Assembly (NCBI GenBank): GCA_026026165.1
Contig: JAPEUD010000064.1
Location: forward strand, 124,001-147,628
Direction: 5' to 3'
Length of the DNA stretch: 23,628 nt
From: Sarea resinae
Lineage: Eukaryota
In this document: one piece after another, positions 1 through 9,896 of the stretch
Layout of the letters: the number at the start of each line of letters is the position of its first letter
How positions within the stretch are numbered: the stretch's first letter is position 1
Position numbers and translations under genes: made by a program
The notes under the pieces: generated by a model
Told to the model about the DNA's origin: nothing
The model's input: the letters and a program-made list of their open reading frames with translations, nothing else
Database searches by the model: none

Positions 1-62
1 CCTGCTTACCCTCTAACCGACCGAGTTAAAAGGCACACAAAGGGACACACAACAGACAAAGA

Positions 63-90
63 GCACCGCTGCACCGCTGCACCGCTGCAC
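63..90 (+). repeat. Short tandem repeat (GCACCGCT)x3.5 upstream of the first gene
   Basis: Directly visible: gcaccgct gcaccgct gcaccgct gcac. Confidence 0.9.
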
Positions 91-325
91 GACTCGTTAC
101 TCGGGCGCCGACAGGCGAAGGCATCGCTGCATCGCGAGCCGAGCCAGCAACAATGCGCCTGAGGTGACGTGCGTCGACTCGACCATCTCGAGCATCACCG
201 CCGTCGAGCCTCCGCCGTTGCATTCATGCACGGGCTTGTTGATAAGATGGCGAGCGTCCATCGTGTTTCTTTGTCCTTTCATCTAGATGTAATTGAATCT
301 CTCAGCCTCGAAGACCATACCCATC

Positions 326-1242
326 ATGATCGTGACCCCCCGCTTCCATCTCTTTGAGATCGCCGACCAGTCATGGTGTCCCGAGTGGCTGCGCGAGTAC
401 TCCCATCTGGCCCGCATGCAGATGTGGAGGACGCAAGCGCCCGGCACCAAGGGCTCCCCCGCGACCCAGGTCTGCGATCTCCTTCTCGAGAACCTCCCCG
501 ACGCCTCGTCGTTCACCTTTATTGATTCCTGCGCCGGCGGAGGCGGCCCAACCCCCATCATGGAGGCGACCTTGAACCAAAAACTGCGTTCCCGGGGCCG
601 TGGGCCGGTGCGATTCGTCTTGACCGACCTCTGGCCGTCCATTCAGCTGTGGGAAGCCATGACGAAGCGCAGCGAGAACATCTCCTACATCTCAACGCCT
701 GTCGATGCCACCAAAGCCATGAGGCTCGCGGAGCCTGGCAAGAAAGAGTGCCGCATCTTCAATCTGTGTTTTCACCACTTTGACGACCCGGAAGCCGCTA
801 CGGTCCTGCGCAGCGCCGTGGAATCGGCCGATGCCTTTGTGTATGTATCAATCTGCCTTCTCTGGATGGATATCTCTAATACGAGCACGACAGCATCTTC
901 GAGATGACCAATCGAAATCTCTTCGCTTTCCTGAACACCACCTTCATTGTGATATCGCCTTTCCTGACCACCCTGCTCTGGTTTCGGCACTCTCTGCTCC
1001 ATCTCATCTTCACCTACCTCATCCCGCTCGTCCCGCTGTTCTTTGCCTTTGACGGCTATGTCTCATGCATTCGAGGTCGCACGTCTGACGAGCTGACCGA
1101 CCTCTTGCGTAATCAGCCTGATCTCGACCTGACTCAGTGGCAATTCAAGAGTGGCGATACCATGGTTCTGCCACCCTTTGGAGTCATGTATTGGTACATT
1201 GGCGTCAAGCAAAAGAAGTCGGGTGAGGCCACTCGAGGCTAG
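326..1242 (+). CDS. Class I SAM-dependent methyltransferase-fold protein, about 287 aa, 2 exons (326-840, 894-1242)
   Basis: ATG at 326. Intron 841-893 (GTATGT...CTAAT...CAG) joins ORFs 293-907 and 904-1242 in frame (DAFV/IFEM). Motif-I-like DSCAGGGGP, acidic LTDL, VDAT and FNLCFHHFDD follow. N-terminal RFHLFEIADQSWCP and a hydrophobic C-terminal stretch (LLHLIFTYLIPLVPLFFAFDGYVS). Confidence 0.8.
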
Positions 1243-2258
1243 CCCATTGTGCGTCTGCTTCTCCTTTGAATCTACAGACGATCTTCATCTTCTAGGAGAA
1301 ACACGCTGAGAGAGCAAGGAAATGGAACGCGGGTTTGGAGACAACGTCAAGTTGTACTTGGATTAAATTGCACATACTTTTACATGGCATTAGCTGGCAT
1401 CAGCCGAGGTCTCACTACAAACAATAGAAATTACAGAATTGTATATCCAACATACTGTTCAGACTAGCATAACGTGACGTGATTGTAGATCCGACCTCCG
1501 TTGGTAGAAACTTGACGTGCACGCATTTGCAAGTGTGAACGATGAAATGACGGAGATTGGATGAAAGTTGCCTGCCTACTGTCCGCTTTAGGACGATCGA
1601 AGAAAGGTGCTGCTGCTGCTGCCATCGGAGTACAGCAATCGAACCCATGCTTCTGAGATGTTGGTGAGATGCACTGGCATTCCCCAATGCAGAATCCAAC
1701 GAGAAGCGAGAGCAATCTTGGATGCGAATCGCTAGGCAGCTGGCGAACGCTCAATATCGAGAAGAGATGCGGCTCGCGCACGTGTTGGACGCACGTGTTG
1801 AACCGCAACTCAAACGGTCGTATCGACCGTTTCCATATTTTAGCAGATCTTGAACCGCGGGCCGTCTGTCCAGCTCTGGGGCAATGCAAGACGCCTGACG
1901 GAGACTGAGCAGATAGTCTGGCCGAACGTAATCCATTACTTCTCTCAGCTGCTCAACTTCACCCGACGTCAGCTCGGACGCCGGATCCCGTCGTGGCGCA
2001 TAGAGGTGCATGGCTTGAACTAACGGAGCTCTGGATCCGAGGATCTGTCATGATTCATGAAGTCTGCCTAATCCGGGCATGTTGGTCTTACGCCGATGAG
2101 ATCGCAACAGCTGCTGAGTCTCTAGAATTGAATAAAATCGTCAGGAGAAGATGTTTTTACAGAACCGATGTGACTTTCGACTCGTCACTCTTGCCATCAG
2201 CTCACCATTCCACTGAGCTCTGATTCCTTTCTTCGTTCGCTGACGAAATTTGACAATC

Positions 2259-4487
2259 ATGGATTCTGCGGTGGGAAAAAGTCATGTGGATGTGCTCATT
2301 ATCGGAGCTGGCCCTACAGGGTCAGTAGCAGACATTCGGTTTTTATCAATCTTGACAATTAATGGATCGTATACCATCACAGACTGATGACCGCCCTCTG
2401 GATGGCCGAGCTCGGGATCAGTACTCGTATCGTGGACTTGCGCGGCACAAGAGCACTCAACGGCCGGACTGATGGGTTTCACGTCCGGACAGTCGAAATC
2501 TGGGATAGCTTCGGTATCGCGAACATTCTCCAGCAGCAGGGTGTCCGATTCGGCGAGTGGAGCCTGTGGGTAGGTTTATCTTTTCATATGCTTTTGGTTC
2601 AAGGCCGTTCGCTTCGAGGCCGAAAGGGCCTTGAGTTAGCGGTAATTTCTAACCAGAATGTCAGGTCCCTGGTGACAATGGCTCTCTGCAACGAGCCCGG
2701 AGAGAGTCTGCCGTTGGTCTCGATGTTTCAAGGTAACATTGAGAGCCCCTTATCGCACAGGAGGCAATGACACTAACGATCTGATAGATTGCACAGCTGT
2801 ACCATGCATCAGGGACACACCGAGGCTGTACTGACTGACGCTATCAAGAAACGGTCCGGGGCTGTCGTTGAACGCGGCGTGGCACCTGTCGGTCTCGAAG
2901 TTGACGAGACCCTCGTCGACGACCCAAACGCATTCCCTATCAAGGTTGAGCTACGCCATGTGCGTAAGGAGGAGCTTACTACGTGGCACACCAACGCTCA
3001 TAGTGTCCAAGATGACGGGTCTGTTAAAGCTGAAAAGGGAAATATCGAGACCCCTTTTCTCTCTACCGACGACAGTGATACGATTCCCACCATCAGCGGA
3101 GAAGAAAATACAACAGAAACCGTCCATGCAAAGTATGTGCTTGGTAGTGAAGGAGCACATAGCTGGGTAAGGCGTCAACTAGCGTTTAACATGGTGGGCG
3201 CCTCTACGAATTCCGTCTGGGGTGTCATTGACATTGTTGCCATTACGGATTTTCCTGAGTGAGTCATGCTATTACTGCAGCATCTCGAATGCCTAGCTAA
3301 AGTATCTAAGTTTCCGCAAGAACTGCACAGTCTTGTCAAAGGCCGGGACCATCCTGAGCGTTCCGCGCGAGAAAGGCATGACTCGATTATATGTTCAGCT
3401 TCCCGACTCGGACTCGCAATTCGACACCATGGCAGGAAGTGACACATCAACCATTGCCAAGCAGATCATCGCATCCGCTCGCAAGATCATCGCCCCTTAT
3501 TCTCTCGAGTACCGATACTGCGACTGGTGGACCGTCTACCGCGTGGGCCAGCGAGTCTGCGATCAGTTCTCCTACAAGAACCGCATCTTTCTGGGCGGGG
3601 ACGCGGTGCACACGCACACTCCCAAAGGTGGACAGGGCATGAACGTCTCCATGCAAGACGCCTTCAACCTAGGCTGGAAGCTGGGCGGCGTCATCAAGGG
3701 TCAGCTTGATCGGTCCATTCTCGGCACTTACGAGGCAGAGCGACGACCGATCGCTCAAGATCTGATCGATCTCGACACCGACATGGCCCGCGTCCTGTCG
3801 GGAAAAACCATGGCCGACGAGGCCGAGGTCCGCCAAGTGTACGCCCGGCTGCGCAATTATGGCAGCGGCGCGAACCTGTCCTATGGGCGAAACTCGCTGA
3901 TCGCTGCCTCGGACATGCCATGCCAGCCTGTATCGGCCAAACAGCACCTCGCCTCGAACCTGAAGCTCGGCATGCGCTTCCCCAGCCACCAAGTCCTCAA
4001 CCAGTCCAATGCCATCTCGACGGAGACGCAATCACTGCTCAAGAGCGACGGCTCATGGCGCCTTCTCGTCTTTGCGGGCGACATCACCAATGAGCGGCAA
4101 CTGGAACGCGTCAATACACTAGGCGAGAAGCTCAGCGGCCTGCAGGACAAGTTCCTCTCCATCCGACCCGATCGGCCGTTTCTCGAGGTGCTGCTCTTCT
4201 TCTGCGCCCGCATGGACCAGATCGAGCTGAACGACTTCCATCGCACTTTTTTCCCGTTCGACGAGACCAAGGGCTACGACTACAACAAGATCTTCGCCGA
4301 CCCGCCGGCGTCCCGCGTGTCGAGCCGAGCCGAGAGCGCGCACGTCGGCTACGGGATCAGCATCGGCAAGGGCTGCATGGTGGTGGCGAGGCCGGACCAG
4401 TGTATCAGCTGGATCGGCGAGCTCGAGGACACGGAGGTGCTGGAGAGGTATTTTGACGGCTTCATGGTACGGAAAGCCGTCGTGTAG
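2259..4487 (+). CDS. Phenol 2-monooxygenase-like FAD-dependent aromatic hydroxylase, about 654 aa, 5 exons (2259-2320, 2383-2569, 2665-2732, 2788-3258, 3311-4487)
   Basis: Exon 1 (absent from the ORF track) encodes MDSAVGKSHVDVLIIGAGPTG (GxGxxG). Also GRTDG, TDFPDFR, RIFLGGDAVHTHTPKGGQGMNVSMQDAFNLGWKL (GD motif), YEAERRPIAQDLI and a C-terminal thioredoxin-like domain ending VVARPDQCISW. Four GT-AG introns (62, 95, 55, 52 nt) keep the frame. Confidence 0.92.
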
Positions 4488-4682
4488 GAAAGTAGAATGT
4501 CAAGGGGAGAGAGTAGAATGGGAAAGGAAGAGGCGATTTCTTCTCCGCCGGGGCACTCAACTCAACGAGATTAGTGAGATAGAACTATACAGATTTCGTC
4601 TAGATATTTTTTCATAGAGGAGGAAATTCGTATATAACAAGCTCGTGTTTGCTTGACAAGGACTGTTGTCTTCGTCGTCGTT

Positions 4683-4718
<36 letters not shown>

Positions 4719-4740
4719 CTGCCTACCTACCTACCTACCT
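4683..4740 (+). repeat. Compound microsatellite (GTA)12 followed by (CCTA)n
   Basis: Directly visible at 4683-4718 and 4722-4740. Confidence 0.95.
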
Positions 4741-5610
4741 TATTCTACCTCCTTTAATTACATTGCCCCTAGAACATTACTTACACAATCCTAAACAAAC
4801 TAAACAACTTAACTTAAACTATTATACTTAAAGCTCTTAAGACTTCTTCTTCTCTTAGGTTCTCTCCAACATTCTACCAATACTAACTCTAAAAATCTCT
4901 TTATAGAATATCCCTTGAGTACTTACTATAAAGCTAATTTCCCTGCCCTAGCCTACTCTACCCTCGCTATTATAATAAATAGAGAGTAGATAGAGGTAAG
5001 TCTTATAGGCTTTCTAGAGTCGCACGCTATAGGTTGTAGGATAGAGGTTAGATATATATAATACTTACTACGTGTAAAAAACAAAAGTACTAGGTAGGTG
5101 TAAGGTGTGCTGCTATATAGTAGGCAAATAGGTACAGCCTAGACAAGCTAGGTTATCACTAGTCTTTTTAGATAACTTATATAGGAACAGGTTTGCCTAT
5201 TTACTCGACCTTATAGTAAGGTAGGTGCTATCTGGAAAGAAGATTACAGAGAACTAGAGTGGCGATAAAGTAGCTTCTGTTATAACGTGCTTTTTATTCT
5301 TGGTTGGGTTTCTAAGGTTTTTGAGTTAGTGTTGGTGAGTTATTCTATATTGAATTCTATTTTTCTTAGTAGATGCTTAGAATAGTAGAAGTTTTGACCT
5401 GGTACTATAGAATAGTTTAGAGACGTAGGATACTACGTTTGAAGAATGTGCTTAGTATATGTAAAAGATATCAGGGACGCTGGTTTGAGTTGAGGGAAAT
5501 TGTTTTGTAAGGCTGCAGTGTATGCACGCATTCTAGCTCGTAGCCTGAAGGTATTAAAGTTCCCCTCTCTATATCTATCTATATCTATCCTACCCACAGT
5601 AACCTCACCA
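4720..5610. other. AT-rich, TpA-rich island with RIP-like signature (degraded repeat or gene relic, origin not identifiable)
   Basis: Sample line 4741-4800 is 20/60 GC. TAG/CTA/TATA words are abundant, stops are dense and there is no credible ORF. Lies between two convergent genes. Confidence 0.7.
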
Positions 5611-5617
5611 AATCCGA

Positions 5618-7355
5618 TCAAATCTTCAAATGGCCGACGGGACCAGACCAGCGACGGATGCGCGCCCCAAACACCTGGATGCACACGAGCAGCAGAAATG
5701 CAACCGCAACGATAACGGCCTGCAGCCCAAACGAGACGTCGTAGCCCTGGCGCGCGCCCCACGGCTGCTGGAAGTAGCCGACGGCGAAGCCGCACGCGGC
5801 GCGGCCGAAGTTGACAAACGCCGACACCTCGCCCGACGCCGTCGGGTAGCAGTCGAGCACGTACGCCACCATGGCCACCGACACCAGCATCGCCCCAAAC
5901 TGGAACATGCCCCAGCCGAAGACGATGCCGACCCACGGCAGGTGTTTCTGCAGCGTCTCGCCCACCAGCACGAGTCCGGGGATCATGAAGATGACGCCGC
6001 CGTACGTCGTCCAGAGCCGGACCTCGGGCACGAAGGTGCCGCGGTGCCGTGAGCTGTAGAACCGCACCACGTAGTCGTTGAAGTAGTGCCCGAAGGCTTC
6101 GCCGAGAATGACCGCCACGATCGGCGTGAAGTAGATGTAACCAATCCCTTTGGGGCCCATGCCATAGCCACCCACGGCGACGGGCGTCTCGAGCAGGAGA
6201 GACGACGTCTGATTGATGCCGATACTCCACATGAAGGTCGCGCCGTACACGAGCACGGCCATGGGAATGAGGGGCTTTAGAAAGACCTCGAAGAGCCGAC
6301 TGTAGGAGCGAATGAATCCGAGGAAGTATTGCGAGTGGTTCTGAGCCTGCCAGATGCCGACGACACGCAGCAGGCGATGGCCATGTCCCGTGGGGCGCAC
6401 AGGCTGCTGATGCAGGGGCACCGAGCGGTTGTAGTAAGTCTCGTCGCCGAAGACGAGGATCATGGCCGCCAGGAAACAAGCCCAGGCAAAAACGAGCCAG
6501 AACACCGGACGCCACTGGCCATCCAGCGTTGCCACCATGAAGTTACCTAGGAGAGGCGAGGCGAATGGCGAGCAGATGAATAGCGCATACCAGATGCCAA
6601 TCTTCCGAGCGTGTTCGTGGAAAAAGAACATGTCTTTGATGAAAGCCAGCCCAATGGTCGACCCCGTACCTTGCGTGACGCCCTGAAGCGCACGCATGGC
6701 ATAGAAGGTGGTGAAGTTCGGAGCCAAGACGCAACCGAGAGTGAAGAAGAGCCCCATGACGGTGCTCCAGAATAGGACGGGGATCCGTCCCCAGAAGTTC
6801 ACCAGAGGCATCCAGATCAGTGATGACACACCGAGCATGATGACCGCAAGGTTGTTTGGGAGATTGGCCTTTGATGCGGAGATGTTCCATTCTTTGCTCT
6901 GAAGCACGATGGTCGGGATGCCGGCGGCAAGGCCAAAGTCTCCCGCAAAGGCGCCAAAGGAGACGCAGAGCAAGATCATATGCTTCTTGAAGGAACTCCA
7001 ATTCAACGGATCCTGGGGGTCGTCGGTCGGTTGGGGAATCAAGATGATCTGAACGGTCAGCACAATCAGCAGCCATCGAAGCCATCGAAGCCATCAAAGG
7101 GGTGGATTAGGGACGCCTCAATTACGTTTCCATCCTTGGCCAGTTTGAGACCAGAGGCAACGGCATCCTGATCGATCTCGTCGTCTACGGCCAACAAGAC
7201 CTGCCCGTTCTGCCGTTCAATCTAAGCACGTCGTCAGCAGGGATCGAGTGCTCAGGAGGCGTCCAGTCTCCAACCTCATCTTCATCACAAGCAATGTGCT
7301 GCTTGTGGACGACCTCGCCATCGTCATCGCAATGCGACGTGATCTTGTCAGACAT
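5618..7355 (-). CDS. MFS transporter (fungal DHA1/HOL1-like 12-TM type), about 535 aa, 3 exons (7355-7275, 7221-7126, 7048-5618)
   Basis: ATG at 7355. Introns 7274-7222 (GTTGGA..CTGAC..TAG) and 7125-7049 (GTAATT..CTGAC..CAG) give LKLAKDGN/IILIPQPTDDPQDPLNWS. Also WGRIPV, RALQG, IKDMFFFHEHARKIGIW and PEVRL, with about 12 hydrophobic segments. The first intron has a weaker donor. Confidence 0.9.
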
Positions 7356-7581
7356 GGAAAGCGATTGCTGACAAATGTAGAAGGGACGGGGAATCAAGAG
7401 GCGCCGAATGTTCTGCCCTCAGGACCCGTCCGATCCTCGCGCGGGAGACTGTAGATGAGACCATATTTGAGGTAGGACCAACAGGATCATCATATTCCTT
7501 GACTCTTTACTCTTCACGCGTCGCTCGCTCGACGGGGTGTCAAAGTGCCGAGGAGACTAGAATTCCCTTCTTCAGCCTATT

Positions 7582-7613
7582 CTGCCATGCTGCCATGCTG
7601 TCATCCTGTCATG
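7582..7613 (+). repeat. Degenerate 8-mer tandem (CTGYCATS)x4 in the divergent intergenic region
   Basis: ctgccatg ctgccatg ctgtcatc ctgtcatg. Confidence 0.8.
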
Positions 7614-8198
7614 CTCGGCCACTGTGCATTGCATCACATCCAGGGCGAGGGCGAGACCGAAAGGCTAATCGCCCAGATCAGCCCTAGAGATCGTCATGCG
7701 GCCGAAGCCTCGCGGCCTCGCGGCTGGCTGTTGTTGGCTGTTGGCTCTTGGTAATTGGACTCGGCACCCGAGGAAGGCGCTGGAGGTCGCACCAGCAAGG
7801 GAATGAATGCATCCAAGCCTGCAGCCGCTCGCAACCAAACCCTCGACTCGGGTACCGCCCCCCGAAGCACACACGCAGCACACGGGCAACCTTGCTGCTC
7901 TCCGCTCCTTGTACGACTTGGACGTCGCAACAGTTTAATTAATTGATCAGTTGCTGACTTTTACCAAAATCGCCGAATGTTGGTCTCCAATACGAGCCGT
8001 GGCTTGAGTGGCGGCAGCATGCTCACAACACGGCCAATTTCGCGGAGGTGTAAATACCACTCGGTCCTGCGCACTCTCGACTCTTCGTGCCGGTGTGCAG
8101 TTTGGATCGCTTCGTAGTCATTATAGACGCAGACCCGGTTCCTAGATCGCTGAAAGGGAGACCCGAGAGATTAGAGCGCTCAGAGGAACGACGCCGTC

Positions 8199-9623
8199 AT
8201 GAAGCCGTCTACCGTGTTGGCCGCTTGCGTTTGGCTTGCCGCTGCTGCTGTTCCTGCGCAGGCAAGCAAAGACAAATCTTACGAGTTCGACCCCGCCTGT
8301 TACGATGAGGCCGATGTCCTCACTCGAGACGTTGCCGTGGTTGGCGGCGGCGCCACGGGGACATATGCGGCCATTAAGCTCGGCGACATGAACCAGACCG
8401 TCGTCCTCGTCGAACGCGAGGAAATTCTGGGAGGGCACACCAATACCTACATCGACCCCGGCACTGGCACTCCGATCGATTATGGGGTCTCCAATTACCA
8501 GAACATCTCCGTTGCGCTCGACTTCTTTGCCCGCTTCAACATTTCCGTCATCGAGTTCACAGGTGGCACGCCGTCCCAGACCGTCTATGCTGATTTTCAC
8601 ACCGGCGAGATCTTCCCAAATACCACCATTCCAGTGGCGAATTATACCGCCTATCTCGCTCAGCTTGCAAGGTTTCCCTACCTTGCAACGTCCTGGGACT
8701 TGCCAAGTCCAGTCCCCGAAGATCTCCTCTTACCCTTTGGACAGTTTATCGAAAAGTACTCGCTGCAAGAGGTAGCTTACGCCGTGTACGCCCATGCGCA
8801 GGGTGCGGGCGATCTGCTCAATCAGACGACCGTCTACGTCTTGAAGGCCTTCGATGCTCTATACATCAGCGGTTTCTCTGGCGGAGACATTACTCCAGCA
8901 AACCACAACAGCCACGAAATCTATGATAAAGCCCTGACCGAGCTTGGCTCCAATGCATTGGTCTCCTCCACTGTTCTCGCTGGCCAGCGGTCCACGAACA
9001 GTTCCGGCGTAAAACTTGTTGTCAAGACTCCCACTGGAAACAAGCTCATCGTGGCGTCGAAGCTCATCGTCACCATTCCTCCGACACTGAGCAACATGAA
9101 ACCCTTCGGTCTCGACAGCACTGAGAAGAGAGTGTTTAGGGACTTTATCAGTCGAGGTCTCTACGTCGGACTTATTGCGGACACTGGTTTGCCTGCTGGC
9201 TTCTCTTATGACAATATCGGTGCCAACACGACCTACCATGTTCCTACCCTGCCCGGGCTCTACAGCGTCAATCCCACCGCGGTCGAAGGCATCTTTTGGA
9301 TATGGTACGGCTCCGACTCTATCCTCCCAGACGCATATGTTCAAAATGACACCCTCGCTGCCATCGAGCGGTTGCGCATTGCCGTGAGCAACTCGTCGAC
9401 AACGGCAAGCAATGCCACCGGTCGATTCGTCGCTTACAACAGCCACTCGCCATACGATGTCAGTGTCTCGGCGGACGAGATTCGCAGCGGCTTCTACAAC
9501 CATCTGGACGCGTTGCAGGGCTACCGAAACACTTGGTACACCGGGGGGGCGTTCCTTGCATATCACTCGGCGCCGTTGTGGAACTTTACCCAAGCATTAC
9601 TGCCGCAAGTCATCGGTGCTTAG
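8199..9623 (+). CDS. Secreted FAD-dependent amine-oxidoreductase-family protein (beta-cyclopiazonate dehydrogenase CpaO-like), 474 aa, intronless
   Basis: Signal peptide MKPSTVLAACVWLAAAAVPAQA. Rossmann fold RDVAVVGGGATGTYAAIKL, VER...LGGHTNTY, IDYGV, and C-terminal LQGYRNTWYTGGAF...HSAPLWNFT. Many N-x-S/T sequons. Confidence 0.85.
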   Translation: MKPSTVLAACVWLAAAAVPAQASKDKSYEFDPACYDEADVLTRDVAVVGGGATGTYAAIKLGDMNQTVVLVEREEILGGHTNTYIDPGTGTPIDYGVSNYQNISVALDFFARFNISVIEFTGGTPSQTVYADFHTGEIFPNTTIPVANYTAYLAQLARFPYLATSWDLPSPVPEDLLLPFGQFIEKYSLQEVAYAVYAHAQGAGDLLNQTTVYVLKAFDALYISGFSGGDITPANHNSHEIYDKALTELGSNALVSSTVLAGQRSTNSSGVKLVVKTPTGNKLIVASKLIVTIPPTLSNMKPFGLDSTEKRVFRDFISRGLYVGLIADTGLPAGFSYDNIGANTTYHVPTLPGLYSVNPTAVEGIFWIWYGSDSILPDAYVQNDTLAAIERLRIAVSNSSTTASNATGRFVAYNSHSPYDVSVSADEIRSGFYNHLDALQGYRNTWYTGGAFLAYHSAPLWNFTQALLPQVIGA

Positions 9624-9896
9624 ATAGCTACCCAAAAGTCCGGTCTGTACCTAGATAGACGTTTGACTCTTCCATAGTGTATTCAAAATGCCAAGGATTG
9701 TTTATTCTATCGTCATCACGTGAGACCTCGTATTCGAGCCATGCGAAGGCTTCATCTTCAATACTTGCCACGTGTTCTTGACAGGTACGCGACCCGAGCG
9801 GGCAATTTAAGGTGTGTGGCTGTATCTCGTAGGGTTTTCTACCTGTCGAGGGATTCTGTGGAATGTGTTTGCCGCTGCCTGTCATTGGGACATAAG

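Noticed and set aside
1751..2011. 86-aa minus-strand ORF with CIAPELDRRPAVQDLL, faintly like a protein-kinase C-terminal motif
   Set aside because: No other kinase motifs or convincing splice partners nearby; most likely promoter sequence of the monooxygenase.
4740..5120. PPLITLPLEH... in the AT-rich island, reminiscent of an F-box start, suggesting a RIP-destroyed gene
   Set aside because: Only about 10 residues of similarity followed by stops and frameshifts; cannot be supported without a deRIP/BLASTX search.
5433..6515. 360-aa alternative-frame ORF overlapping the MFS gene, and other long shadow ORFs such as 8859-9593 (-)
   Set aside because: Off-frame or antisense by-products of GC-rich coding sequence; Arg/Gly/Pro-rich or motif-free translations.
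7070..7096. (GATGGCTTC)-type tandem on the minus strand giving MMASMASMA in ORF 6543-7097
   Set aside because: Lies inside MFS intron 2; simple slippage repeat.
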